DNA of 52,815 bases, taken from NCBI GenBank assembly GCA_964396845.1, contig CAYNGH010000005.1, positions 1 to 52,815 of the forward strand, given 5' to 3'. Below the pieces are notes generated by a model that was not told the DNA's origin, made no database searches, and was given only the letters and a program-made list of their open reading frames with translations. Of this stretch, positions 19,068 through 28,926 are shown in pieces. Origin of the DNA: an uncultured bacterium (GTDB lineage Bacteria > Vulcanimicrobiota > JAJTBE01 > CAYNGH01). Each line of letters begins with the position of its first letter. Positions within the stretch are counted from its first letter, which is position 1. The position numbers were made by a program, and so were the translations under genes.

Positions 19068-21271
19068 TATCCTCCCTCCCCGGTTTCAATATCCGGATAT
19101 GCCTCCGCCTCCTGAATGCCTTCGATGTCCAGGGAATCTATGGAATTCACAAACAACTCCACAATTTCCGGGTCAAACTTGGTTCCCGATTCTTCCCTGA
19201 TAATTTTTATTGCCTCTTCCACCGGCATCCCTGGTTTATAAGGACGCATGGTTACCAGGGCATCAAAGGCATCTGCCACGGAAATAATCCGGGAAAGCAG
19301 GGGTATATCCCCGCCAGACAGGCCGTCGGGGTAACCGGTCCCGGCCCAGTGTTCGTGATGATGACGGACATAGCGGGCCAGCCTCGAAAAGGTGCCGATG
19401 GAGCTGATAATCTCCGCTCCCGCCACCGGGTGTTTCTTGATCTGATCAAACTCCCCCTCATCCAGACGGTCATTTTTGTGGAGGACACTTAGGCGGACGC
19501 CGATTTTTCCCACATCATGAAACAATGCTGACAGCTTCAACTCTTCTATCTCACGGGAGGCAAGGCGCATTTGTCTGCCGATAAACATACTGTAGAGAGC
19601 AACCCGTTCCGAATGGCCCCTGGTGTATGGATCCTTGGCCTCCAGAGCAAAGGCCAGAGAGTATATCAACTGAAAGTACAGCTTTTCAAGATTGCGCAGG
19701 TTAAAAATCAGCACCGAGGCAATCTTCTGAACAAAGTCCGTCCCATAAGCCACGCCACCGGCAATAAAACCGGGTACTATTACATAAGCGATGTTCCATG
19801 CATCCCAGCCTGCAAAGGCATCAGGCCTGAAATGAAGGAATATGTGAAGAGCTCCCCACCCCGCCAGAAGTCCCGTGGGGAAATAATATATTGCCCTGCC
19901 CCGGGGGCTTTTCCAGAATACTGATTTGCTGTTGGCCACAAACCAGCGGTCAATCATCGAGCCGGGAATCATCACCAGGACGCCTCCGGCAATCCCCTGG
20001 AGCAAAAAGGATACCAGCTGGGCAGGGTCATGGGATGTGGAATATATGGCAAAACCAATAAACATCCCCAGCAGGCCTCCAGAGGCCAGAGCATTGAAAA
20101 CCCTCCGCTGGTAATATTTTTCCTTCATCCCCATAAGACGATAAAATTTTTCCAGAAGGGTAAATTTCCGGGCTGTCCCCTTGATGGCTTCCAGGAGGTC
20201 TTCCCGGTTTATCTCATCACCGGTATCGATGGCTTCCATGGCCATTTCCCGGCGAATCGACATGTAATCGGGTTTCTCGAAGGAGCCCTGTTTGAGAATA
20301 AAATCCGACAAAGCTTCCACTATTTCACCTTCGTAAAGGGTCCCCCGATGTGATTCCAATTCCTTCAAGGCTTCCCGGGGAGTTTTTTCCTCCCGGTAGG
20401 GACGATGAGTAGTCATGGCATCAAAAGCATCAGCAACGGCAATGATCCTGGATTCAAGAGGGATCTCCTCCCCCTGTAGTTTTGAATAACCGGATCCGTC
20501 GATGTGTTCATGGTGAAGCCGGATAATGTCAATCTCCCGGGCAAATCCGCTCAGAGGCTTCAATATGCGTTCGGTTATGCCGGGGTGATGGCGTATGGAA
20601 CGCCAGTCCTCGTCATTGAGGGTGCCTTCCTTGAGAAGTATCTTCTCGCTTATGCCGATTTTACCAAGATCATGCAACAGGGCAGCCCGGGCAATACGAT
20701 GACTTGTTTCATCGTCCTGTCCCAACTGCCGGGCAATATTTACCGCATACCATGCAACCCTCTCATTATGGCCCTTGTTATATGGCTCTTTTACTTCAAG
20801 GCTTTTATTCAGAGATAAAATAACCTGCCGGTATAATTTTTCCAGCAGGCTGATGGAATCAGTGATTAGATATTTTATATTTTCATGGGCATCCAGCAGA
20901 AGGCTTAAAAAAAATGCCAGAACAACCCCTCCCAAAAGCCAGTAATAATGAGCGCCCTGCATCTTGAAAATCAGAAACTCCGCCAGTATGCCCGCCACAA
21001 GAACCCCGCCGGGGAATATGATAAGATGAATCCGGGGACGTTTTTCCAGAAAACCAGGAATCCTCTGCATGATTTTAAAGGAAACATAGGATATGAGGGC
21101 CAGAGTAACCCCCATAAACAATCCCGCCTGAAGAATCACCCCGGCCCTGACAAAACCTCGGTAATAAAAGGCTACATAAAACTGAAGAACTGCTGTGGCA
21201 ATAACTGCAACAGTGATAATGTTAAGAGATACGTTCATAAGTCTCCCGGAATCGGTTTTTGGCGTAAGCAT
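19064..21271 (-). CDS. Membrane protein with two tandem (4TM + HD-GYP) modules
   Basis: Module 1 has HNERV..HDLGK..HHEH.DGSGYS..ADAFD..RPY. Module 2 has HSERV..HDVGK..HHEH.AGTGYP..ADAFD..RPY. Each is preceded by hydrophobic helices. Confidence 0.9.
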   Translation of the reverse strand: MLTPKTDSGRLMNVSLNIITVAVIATAVLQFYVAFYYRGFVRAGVILQAGLFMGVTLALISYVSFKIMQRIPGFLEKRPRIHLIIFPGGVLVAGILAEFLIFKMQGAHYYWLLGGVVLAFFLSLLLDAHENIKYLITDSISLLEKLYRQVILSLNKSLEVKEPYNKGHNERVAWYAVNIARQLGQDDETSHRIARAALLHDLGKIGISEKILLKEGTLNDEDWRSIRHHPGITERILKPLSGFAREIDIIRLHHEHIDGSGYSKLQGEEIPLESRIIAVADAFDAMTTHRPYREEKTPREALKELESHRGTLYEGEIVEALSDFILKQGSFEKPDYMSIRREMAMEAIDTGDEINREDLLEAIKGTARKFTLLEKFYRLMGMKEKYYQRRVFNALASGGLLGMFIGFAIYSTSHDPAQLVSFLLQGIAGGVLVMIPGSMIDRWFVANSKSVFWKSPRGRAIYYFPTGLLAGWGALHIFLHFRPDAFAGWDAWNIAYVIVPGFIAGGVAYGTDFVQKIASVLIFNLRNLEKLYFQLIYSLAFALEAKDPYTRGHSERVALYSMFIGRQMRLASREIEELKLSALFHDVGKIGVRLSVLHKNDRLDEGEFDQIKKHPVAGAEIISSIGTFSRLARYVRHHHEHWAGTGYPDGLSGGDIPLLSRIISVADAFDALVTMRPYKPGMPVEEAIKIIREESGTKFDPEIVELFVNSIDSLDIEGIQEAEAYPDIETGEGGY

Positions 21272-21280
21272 TGAATGAAC

Positions 21281-22135
21281 CTATATTCCCCGGTAATACT
21301 TGGAGAATATCTTGATGCCGGTATTGTGTTTCAGTGCAGTATTGCCAAAGACAATAAGCATGTTAAAAACATCTCCAAAAAGATTGCTTACCGGCAGGTT
21401 GGTAAAACGCAATTCTGAGTTCTCTCCCTCGTGACGGGGCCACCATTCGGGAAGACAGGCCCGGTTTATGGGAATCGGCTGCATTCTGCCGGAAATGGTC
21501 TGCCCGATAACCCTCATTCCCTTGCGGGTCAAGCTTGCAAAAGGCTCGGGATAAGGCTCGCTCATAACCTTTCTCAGCACCAGTCCCTGATTTGTCAGGC
21601 CCAGGTGGAAGCCTGAGTTGTTGCTGAAATAAGATTCGGTTTCCTCCCCGCTCCACATGAAATAAACCAGGTTTTCAAATCGAAAAGATTCCTCATCCTT
21701 CACGGGAACCCCGTCAACAAAAACCTGGGCCACAGGCCAGGAAATATTACTGCTGTATTCCTGAAGATTCTCCATCTCCGATACCAGGATGCGGGTTTCT
21801 TCCACGGTAAACTCTGAATTTAACAGGTCTTTCTGCATCAGGATTGAGTCAGGCTTGACATTGGGCAGAACCCGGATGAATACTTGAAAGTCGAAGATCT
21901 CTCCCTTGCATCCTTCCACATCCACCAGCAGATTCAATGGACAGTTACTGCAAATATCAAGCATCTTATCATTGATGTTAAAAAGGTAGTTCTGACGGAT
22001 TTCCTCCCAGTGATACTTGGCGGTCCCGTCATCGTTATAATCGAATATATGTTCCTGAAAATATCTGCAGTGGCGGTTTGCCACATGAAATATGTCGATT
22101 TCAACTTCGTATGGTATCTTTTTTATGCCTTTCAT
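21281..22135 (-). CDS. Hypothetical protein with Cys/His cluster
   Basis: 284-aa ORF co-directional with, and 9 nt from, the HD-GYP gene. Contains HC...CSNCPLN...GC. Confidence 0.7.
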   Translation of the reverse strand: MKGIKKIPYEVEIDIFHVANRHCRYFQEHIFDYNDDGTAKYHWEEIRQNYLFNINDKMLDICSNCPLNLLVDVEGCKGEIFDFQVFIRVLPNVKPDSILMQKDLLNSEFTVEETRILVSEMENLQEYSSNISWPVAQVFVDGVPVKDEESFRFENLVYFMWSGEETESYFSNNSGFHLGLTNQGLVLRKVMSEPYPEPFASLTRKGMRVIGQTISGRMQPIPINRACLPEWWPRHEGENSELRFTNLPVSNLFGDVFNMLIVFGNTALKHNTGIKIFSKYYRGI

Positions 22136-22305
22136 AGTATGATAATTTTGAATTAAACCGGAAAAATCCTCCTGATCCCTGTGATGACAGGGGAAGGAAA
22201 ATCTATTGACGGGATGAACTATAAATCCGGAACTGTCCCGGTTTCATAAGGCAGGGTTCAGTTTGTTCCGTTTATTTTCCGGAAATTCCACAAAATAATT
22301 CAGGG

Positions 22306-25300
22306 ATGACAGCTATTATCCGCAGTATCAATCCATACGGCAAAGAAAAAACCGCCCGGCGGGTAGTTTTAATTTTTTTGAAGCTGTTTCTTGTAATCCT
22401 GACAATCCAAGCTGGAATTTTTTCCCCGACACAAACTCTCCACGCCCAGGATGCCCAGACAGCCAGGGAATATACCCGTATGGCCGAGGAAGCTCTCCAG
22501 AACCGGAATGTTGATGATGCCCTCCGCCACCTTGATGCCGCCCTGACCGTCAGCCCCCGATATGCTCCGGCCCTTGCAGTCCAGGGCGAGGCATACCTGA
22601 TGATCAAACGTTATGATACAGCCATAGAAAAACTGAACCAGGCCGTCGAAATCAACCCCAACAACCCAAATTACCACCTGCGTCTGGGGCAGGTATATCA
22701 GGAATCAGGAGATTTCCAGAAAGGTCTTGAACATCTTCTTACAGCCAGAGAACAGGCCCCTGAGCTGAAGAGGGTTCATTATCTTATCGGCGTCAGCTAT
22801 CATCACCGGAAGAACAATGAAAAGGCCCTGGAAAACTACCTGAAGTTCCTGTATATGATGGACAAGGATGATTCCTGGAAAACCCAACAAGACCGGGAAA
22901 TCCATAACGATTACTGGAAAGCTCACCGTTCCGCCGCTCAGATTTATTCAGAACAAAAAGATTACCGCAGTGCCCTAATTCATTACGAAGCCATTATGCA
23001 GGGGGCCGATGAAAATTTCCGGCGTTCTGTCCAGAAAGATTACGAAATCGCCGCCAAGCACCGAAGCCCCATCTACAGCTATGCCATATATGTGCTGGGT
23101 TTCATTCTTGTGCTGGTGATATTTTACATGTTTCGGCGATACCTGATACTGCCTCAGTTAAAAAAAGCCCAGGAAAAAGAACTCTCCGCAGCATCCCAGG
23201 CCAGGGATTTTGCATCTCTGTCCCGGTTTGTAATAAAACACCTCAAGGGGCTGACCCGTCTTCCCAAGGCCCTTATATACTTTGCCCAAAGACATGGCGA
23301 CCCCTTGAAACTGATCCATGCAGAAAACATCGACAAAAAATCATACATGCATCTGAACCTCAGCTGGGACGAGGTAAAAGAATGGATCGATTACAACCAG
23401 GGACAGCCTTTCATATATGAAGAAGAAAAGAAAGAAATCCCCTTCCTGAGAGCTTTTCCCGGAATCAGGGATTATCTTGACAGCGCAGGCCCCAGGGTCG
23501 GGGTTCCTTTTTTAAACCGCGGAGAGATCAGGGGACTTGCTTTTCTCTGTTATCAGGGGCTTTCCGATGAGAATGAAAAAAGAAAATTTCAGAGAATTTT
23601 TCTCAAGCACAGAGAGTTAATTCAAAAGATTGCCATTGAGGTGGGCCAGTCAGCAGATGTTATCTTCCAGCGGCAGGCTGCCATCAAGGATACCATTACC
23701 AATGCATACAGCCAGCTTTATTTCAAGGAAAAACTGCCGGAGGAGATCCGCAACTGCAAGTTAAAAAGCAAGCCCCTGTGCCTGTTGATGATGGAACCCG
23801 ACGGACTGGGAGCCATCCACAAGCGGTTCAGTGAAGAAGGGAAAAACACTGTCCTGAGGGGAGTATATCAGATCCTGGAGAAAAATGTCCGACAGGCGGT
23901 GGATCTGATATTCCGCATATCCGATTATCGTTTTGCTGTGATAATGCCTGGCCTTGGAGAAGAATCCGCCAGGGATACCGGAGAAATTATCCGCAAGCTG
24001 GCCGCGGCGGTAGATTTTACTGCCCCAATACCCAATATCACCCTGAGTATGGGGCTGGCGGTATTTCCCCAGGATGCAGACAAGGCAGCGAATGTGGAAG
24101 ACAAAGTACGTATGGCCCTGGACCGGGCCATCTCCACCGGGCGAAATAAGTTGATAGCGTCCTCCGGGGTCAAAGAAACTAAAAGTGCCTCCATGGATTT
24201 CAACATGGGCCCTCTGACACAACACCTGGTGTTACCTCCCCAGGCAGATACCAACTTGTTTTCCAAGCCCTCGGTCCCCCTGGCACCACCGCCCGATGCC
24301 AAGAAATCCGATAAATCCAAGGCCCTGCCTGGATTAACCTTTCGATCCGCCAGCATAAGCATGTCCATCGATTCTGTTCCTAAGAAACCACCCCTCACCG
24401 AAGTTGCCGGGAAATCAGAGAAACAGGAAATCACTGGTTTGTCCAAGGAGGTCGTAAGAATTATCCCATCCCGGGAAAAATCCCGACCTGCTGTAAAACA
24501 ATGGAACCGTTCCAAAGAAACAGCCTCCCCTGATGCCGAGTCATCCCTGAAAAAGCGGGTATTGCGAAAAAAAGACACCATCAAGAATGTCCCGGGCACT
24601 TCCAAACTCCCTTCCATATCACGACTGATGGGGATGCAAAGGGAAAAGCCTTCTATCAAGAAAGGCAGACTCCAGCGCAACGGCGACAAATCTACCCCAT
24701 CACTGTCCCTGGGGGATTCAAAGGATCCCTCCGGCAGAATGGCGGATCTGAGGTCCCTGGCGGACACAGCCCGGCAAAAGATGCAACAGAAAAGCCGGAA
24801 GGCCGACAAAAAATTGGAAGCCAAAGACGAAGTGACAGGCTTTTTCACAAAGACCTATTTTGATCGCAAAGTGGCAGTCCTGCTCAAGGTGGCCCGGCAG
24901 TCGGAAAAACCTCTGTCCCTTATATTCTTCAAACTGGATAAACACCGGGCTTTAAAGGACAAATACGGCCAGGAAAAACTCAACAATGTGCTAAAGGAAA
25001 TCTGCACCATGATATCCGGCTTCCTCAACCATGATACCGATGTGCCGGCCCGCTACAACAACGAAGTCTTTGCAGCCATCCTGCCCAACACCCCGCCTCA
25101 GACTGCCTTCAACGTGGCAGAGCAGATCCGGTTCACTGTAGAGAACCTGATATTCCGGGATATTACCGGCCAGATCACCATTTCCCTGGGAATTTCATCT
25201 TATCCTGAGAAGGGAAATTCACCCAGGGAAATAATGAAAGAATCTTACGAAGCCATGGTATATGCTATCAAGTCCGGTGGAAACAGGAGTGTCATCTGGG

Positions 25301-25320
25301 ATGACAAGATAAAAAAATAA
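22306..25320 (+). CDS. TPR-TM-GAF-like protein with two degenerate GGDEF domains
   Basis: Signal/TM, TPR repeats, TM and GAF-like region. GGDEF-fold 1 is DTITNAY..RISDYRF..S.G.A. After a Lys/Ser/Pro-rich linker, GGDEF-fold 2 is DEVTGFF..RYNNEVF..SLGIS..KSGGNR. Confidence 0.85.
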   Translation: MTAIIRSINPYGKEKTARRVVLIFLKLFLVILTIQAGIFSPTQTLHAQDAQTAREYTRMAEEALQNRNVDDALRHLDAALTVSPRYAPALAVQGEAYLMIKRYDTAIEKLNQAVEINPNNPNYHLRLGQVYQESGDFQKGLEHLLTAREQAPELKRVHYLIGVSYHHRKNNEKALENYLKFLYMMDKDDSWKTQQDREIHNDYWKAHRSAAQIYSEQKDYRSALIHYEAIMQGADENFRRSVQKDYEIAAKHRSPIYSYAIYVLGFILVLVIFYMFRRYLILPQLKKAQEKELSAASQARDFASLSRFVIKHLKGLTRLPKALIYFAQRHGDPLKLIHAENIDKKSYMHLNLSWDEVKEWIDYNQGQPFIYEEEKKEIPFLRAFPGIRDYLDSAGPRVGVPFLNRGEIRGLAFLCYQGLSDENEKRKFQRIFLKHRELIQKIAIEVGQSADVIFQRQAAIKDTITNAYSQLYFKEKLPEEIRNCKLKSKPLCLLMMEPDGLGAIHKRFSEEGKNTVLRGVYQILEKNVRQAVDLIFRISDYRFAVIMPGLGEESARDTGEIIRKLAAAVDFTAPIPNITLSMGLAVFPQDADKAANVEDKVRMALDRAISTGRNKLIASSGVKETKSASMDFNMGPLTQHLVLPPQADTNLFSKPSVPLAPPPDAKKSDKSKALPGLTFRSASISMSIDSVPKKPPLTEVAGKSEKQEITGLSKEVVRIIPSREKSRPAVKQWNRSKETASPDAESSLKKRVLRKKDTIKNVPGTSKLPSISRLMGMQREKPSIKKGRLQRNGDKSTPSLSLGDSKDPSGRMADLRSLADTARQKMQQKSRKADKKLEAKDEVTGFFTKTYFDRKVAVLLKVARQSEKPLSLIFFKLDKHRALKDKYGQEKLNNVLKEICTMISGFLNHDTDVPARYNNEVFAAILPNTPPQTAFNVAEQIRFTVENLIFRDITGQITISLGISSYPEKGNSPREIMKESYEAMVYAIKSGGNRSVIWDDKIKK

Positions 25321-25367
25321 CATGACCGACTTGGCCAGTCGAAACAAAATTACTTATGGAGGAATTT

Positions 25368-25925
25368 ATGGTTTCCAGCAACGATTTTAGAAACGGCATG
25401 ACAATTCAACTGGACGGGGACCTCTATACTATTGTGGAATTTCTGCATGTCAAGCCGGGAAAGGGCCAGGCCTTTGTCCGCACCAAGATAAAAAGTCTCA
25501 AGTCCGGCAACACCCTGGAAAAAACCTTCAAAGCCGGGGAAAAGGTCCCCAGGGCACATATAGATCATCGGAATATGCAGTATCTCTATCCCAGCGGAGA
25601 TATGTTCGTATTTATGGACAACGACAGCTTTGAACAAATTGAAATCCCTGCTGAAGTTATGGGGGAAGCCCTCAAATGGCTCAAAGACGGGGCAAATATG
25701 GATGTCCAACTTCATGAGAACCTTGTTATCGGTGTTGAACCTCCGGCCCATATGGAGCTGGAAGTCGTCCATACCGAGCCGGGATTCAAAGGGGATACTG
25801 CCCAGGGAGGGACAAAACCTGCAGAGATAGAAACCGGCACAGTCATCCAGGTTCCCCTGTTCGTTGAGATCGGCACAAAAGTCCTGGTGGATACACGATC
25901 CAGCCAGTATCTGCGAAGGGTCTGA
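25368..25925 (+). CDS. efp: Translation elongation factor P
   Basis: HVKPGKGQAFVR, PGFKGDT and VQVPLF-like motifs. GGAGG RBS before ATG 25368. Confidence 0.97.
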   Translation: MVSSNDFRNGMTIQLDGDLYTIVEFLHVKPGKGQAFVRTKIKSLKSGNTLEKTFKAGEKVPRAHIDHRNMQYLYPSGDMFVFMDNDSFEQIEIPAEVMGEALKWLKDGANMDVQLHENLVIGVEPPAHMELEVVHTEPGFKGDTAQGGTKPAEIETGTVIQVPLFVEIGTKVLVDTRSSQYLRRV

Positions 25926-25944
25926 ACTCACATCAACTGCTTTG

Positions 25945-25969
25945 AAGGGAGGCTCGGCCTCCCTTTTTT
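25945..25969 (+). terminator. Intrinsic terminator after efp
   Basis: AAGGGAGGC-TCG-GCCTCCCTT followed by TTTT. Confidence 0.8.
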
Positions 25970-25985
25970 GATTTTCAGTTTCCCT

Positions 25986-26651
25986 TCAGCTGACAGGCTG
26001 GTTGTTGGCAGTGGGAGGAGGAGATGCCTCCCCGGCCTGGGGAGGTTCTTTCCTTGAGGAGGGAATCCGGATATATTTCATGATATAAAACCCTCCAACC
26101 AGAAGCACCACAAATATTATGGATAACAGATTGAAATACTTGTCGATAAAAAACTTAATGCTCTCACCATAGGCCATAATCAGAGCGCCAACGATGAAAA
26201 ACCGGGCTCCCCGACTCAGGATTGTAGCCAGAACAAAGGTCTTGAAATCCACATAAAACACCCCTGCGGAGATGGAGAAAATCTTGTAAGGAAGCGGGGT
26301 GAAACCGGCAATACCCACAGCCCAGGCTTCATATTTCTGGAAATAATTATGAATATCTTCGATTTTTTCTGCTTTAATCAGCTTCTGCAGTATCGGTTTT
26401 CCTCCCTTGAGGCCGATGTAATAACCGAATATCCCCCCCAGAGTGGAACCTGCCAGGCATATGAATGCGTAATACAAGGCTCTTTTTGGCTCCGCCAGGG
26501 CCATGGTTATCATCAGGAGATCCGGTGGCACAGGAAAAAACGAAGATCCAGCAAATGCATTCAGAAACAAGGCCCATACTGCATAAGGAGTCACAGCCCA
26601 GGCCAGGGTCCAGTCCTTCAGCCAGCGAATCCATTCTATAATACTGCTCAT
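25986..26651 (-). CDS. YqaA/DedA (SNARE-associated) family membrane protein
   Basis: SSFFPVPPD, FTPLPYK and SRGARFF motifs. Confidence 0.92.
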   Translation of the reverse strand: MSSIIEWIRWLKDWTLAWAVTPYAVWALFLNAFAGSSFFPVPPDLLMITMALAEPKRALYYAFICLAGSTLGGIFGYYIGLKGGKPILQKLIKAEKIEDIHNYFQKYEAWAVGIAGFTPLPYKIFSISAGVFYVDFKTFVLATILSRGARFFIVGALIMAYGESIKFFIDKYFNLLSIIFVVLLVGGFYIMKYIRIPSSRKEPPQAGEASPPPTANNQPVS

Positions 26652-26798
26652 TATTATTCCTCACGGTTTTAATGCTATGATGCTTCTCCAGAGGGTTCCC
26701 CGCTCCTGCTGATATTATGGCAATTCTTTATAAAGGAAATCCGGGATCAAGGTTAAAAATATAAAGATTATGCAAACTGGTTTGTCTGGAGGAGAAAA

Positions 26799-27245
26799 AT
26801 GAAAGTAATTTTAAAAGAGGAAGTTAAAAAGTTAGGCCAGAGGGGAGATATTGTGAACGTTTCCGACGGATACGCCAGAAATTTTCTCTTCAGGCGAAAC
26901 CTGGCAGTGTCCGCCACCGATTCCAATCTGAAGGAGCTGGAAACCGAAAAGCAAATCCAGAACAAGAAAAACCAGCGCCTTGAAGACAGCGCCAGAGAAA
27001 CAGCTGCAAGGCTGGAGGAAAAGACATTTCTTATCAGGGCCAAATCAGGCAGTGAAGGCAAGCTGTTCGGTTCGGTGACCACCCAGGACATTTCCGATGC
27101 CCTGAAAAAACAGGGAGGCTTTGACATCCCCAAGAAGGACATAAGCCTGGATGAACACATCAAACACCTCGGCAAGTATTCAGCAAAGGTAAAACTATAC
27201 CGGAAGGTTTATGGCACAATCAACTTCGAGGTGGTCGAGGAATAA
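26799..27245 (+). CDS. rplI: 50S ribosomal protein L9
   Basis: MKVIL...[19 protein letters not shown] and GKLFGSVT. Confidence 0.97.
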   Translation: MKVILKEEVKKLGQRGDIVNVSDGYARNFLFRRNLAVSATDSNLKELETEKQIQNKKNQRLEDSARETAARLEEKTFLIRAKSGSEGKLFGSVTTQDISDALKKQGGFDIPKKDISLDEHIKHLGKYSAKVKLYRKVYGTINFEVVEE

Positions 27246-27247
27246 CC

Positions 27248-28600
27248 ATGCCTTTGATGGAAAAGCTCCCGCCACAAAACATCGAAGCGGAAATGTCGGT
27301 GCTGGGGTCCTGCATGCTGGATCCCGCCGCAGCATTGAAAGCCACAGAAATCCTTCCCAGCGGAGGCGACTTTTACCGGGAGGCACACCAGGTAATTTAT
27401 AATTCCATTCTGGAATTGATGGAAAAAAATGAACCGGTGGACCTGCTGACGGTTTCCAACAACCTGAAAAAACATGACAAGTTTGAACATGTGGGAGGCT
27501 CCTCTTACCTTACAGAACTTCTCAATGTTATTCCCACCACGGGAAATGTGGAGCATTACTCCAAAATTGTCCGGGAAAAAGCCATCCTGCGATCCCTGAT
27601 CCATGCAGGGGCCAGCATCACTGAACTGGGATATGAAGAGAGCGATGAAGCTGCCCAGTTGCTGGACAGGGCCGAGGCCATTGTTTTTCGGATTGCCCAG
27701 GACAGGGTCACCCAGGACTTTTCCCTCATAAAGACTATCCTTTATGACACCTATGAGAAGCTGACAGAACTCTACAAGCGGAGAGCCCATGTAACCGGTG
27801 TCGCCACAGGATATGAACGTTTTGACTACCTCACCGCAGGGCTTCAGCCATCAGACCTGATTATCCTGGCGGCAAGACCGGGGATGGGCAAGACAGCCCT
27901 GGCATTGAATATCGCCCTGAACACCGCCACCCGGGACCAACAGAAAGTGGCGATATTTTCCCTGGAAATGAGCAAGGAACAGCTGACCCAGAGGCTTTTA
28001 TGCTCCAAGGCGGGAATCGACGCCAACCGCCTGCGCACAGGTTTTCTTGGAGAACAGGACTGGACCCGCCTGACCAAGGGCATGAATGAACTGGACGAAG
28101 CGCCGATATTTATCGACGACTCCCCATACCTGTCGGTCCTGGAGATGCGATCCAAGGCCCGCCGGCTCAAGAAAAACTATGGTCTGGACCTGCTGATTGT
28201 TGACTATATCCAGCTTATCCGGGGCACATCCAGATCCGATAACCGATCGGTGGAAGTATCGGAAATATCCCGTCAGCTCAAGGGACTGGCCAAGGAACTC
28301 AATGTGCCGGTATTGTGTCTGTCCCAGCTCTCCCGGAAAGTCGAGGACCGGGTTGACAAACGTCCTCTGCTCTCAGACCTGAGAGAATCCGGAGCCATCG
28401 AACAGGATGCCGATGTGGTGGTGTTCATCTACCGGGATGCATATTACAAGAGGAAAAGCGATGATTCCACGGAACCTGTTGACAATACAGCGGAAATTAT
28501 CATCGCAAAACAGCGAAACGGCCCCCAGGGAGTTGCAAAACTGGCATTCCTGGGTCAGTTCACCCGCTTTGAAAACCTGGAGGAGTTCGAGCCAGAATAA
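27248..28600 (+). CDS. dnaB: Replicative DNA helicase
   Basis: PPQNIEAE, AARPGMGKT, SLEM, VDYIQL, SQLSR, LRESGAIEQDAD and KQRNGP. No intein. Confidence 0.97.
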   Translation: MPLMEKLPPQNIEAEMSVLGSCMLDPAAALKATEILPSGGDFYREAHQVIYNSILELMEKNEPVDLLTVSNNLKKHDKFEHVGGSSYLTELLNVIPTTGNVEHYSKIVREKAILRSLIHAGASITELGYEESDEAAQLLDRAEAIVFRIAQDRVTQDFSLIKTILYDTYEKLTELYKRRAHVTGVATGYERFDYLTAGLQPSDLIILAARPGMGKTALALNIALNTATRDQQKVAIFSLEMSKEQLTQRLLCSKAGIDANRLRTGFLGEQDWTRLTKGMNELDEAPIFIDDSPYLSVLEMRSKARRLKKNYGLDLLIVDYIQLIRGTSRSDNRSVEVSEISRQLKGLAKELNVPVLCLSQLSRKVEDRVDKRPLLSDLRESGAIEQDADVVVFIYRDAYYKRKSDDSTEPVDNTAEIIIAKQRNGPQGVAKLAFLGQFTRFENLEEFEPE

Positions 28601-28663
28601 AGAAATATCCGTTGCCGGTTGATTGAATCATACCTGTATAAAAATTTTTGGAGGAATTACCTG

Positions 28664-28849
28664 ATGGAAAAGAAACCCATAGAACACTTCAAAAAGGTGA
28701 TAAACCGATGGGAAGACACCGAAGAGAACCTCACCTGCGCCGAATGTGCCACATCCTGCCAATCGGCCTGCAAGACTTCCTGCACCATCGGAAATGTACC
28801 CTGTGACCTGAGAAAGGAAAGATTTATCAAGATAAAATCAAACAAATAA
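28664..28849 (+). CDS. SCIFF (six-Cys) ranthipeptide precursor, 61 aa
   Basis: CAECATSCQSACKTSCTIGNVPC matches the SCIFF core CxECQTSCQSACKTSCTVxNQxC. GGAGG RBS before ATG 28664. Confidence 0.9.
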   Translation: MEKKPIEHFKKVINRWEDTEENLTCAECATSCQSACKTSCTIGNVPCDLRKERFIKIKSNK

Positions 28850-28888
28850 TCTTATCAAATCTCAGGCTGACCGCATAAAAGTCAAATC

Positions 28889-28916
28889 AGGGCATCGCAT
28901 CGGCGGTGCTCTTTTC
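28889..28916 (+). terminator. Probable terminator after the SCIFF gene
   Basis: AGGGCATCGC-ATCG-GCGGTGCTCT hairpin with G-U pairs, followed by TTTC. Confidence 0.55.
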
Positions 28917-28926
28917 TCTGACAGGA

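Noticed and set aside
23925-25931. Antisense ORFs of 307 aa and 193 aa opposite the GGDEF-like gene and efp
   Set aside because: Both are fully nested opposite well-supported genes.
27248-28600. Possible intein in DnaB
   Set aside because: Length is a normal 450 aa and the motifs are contiguous.
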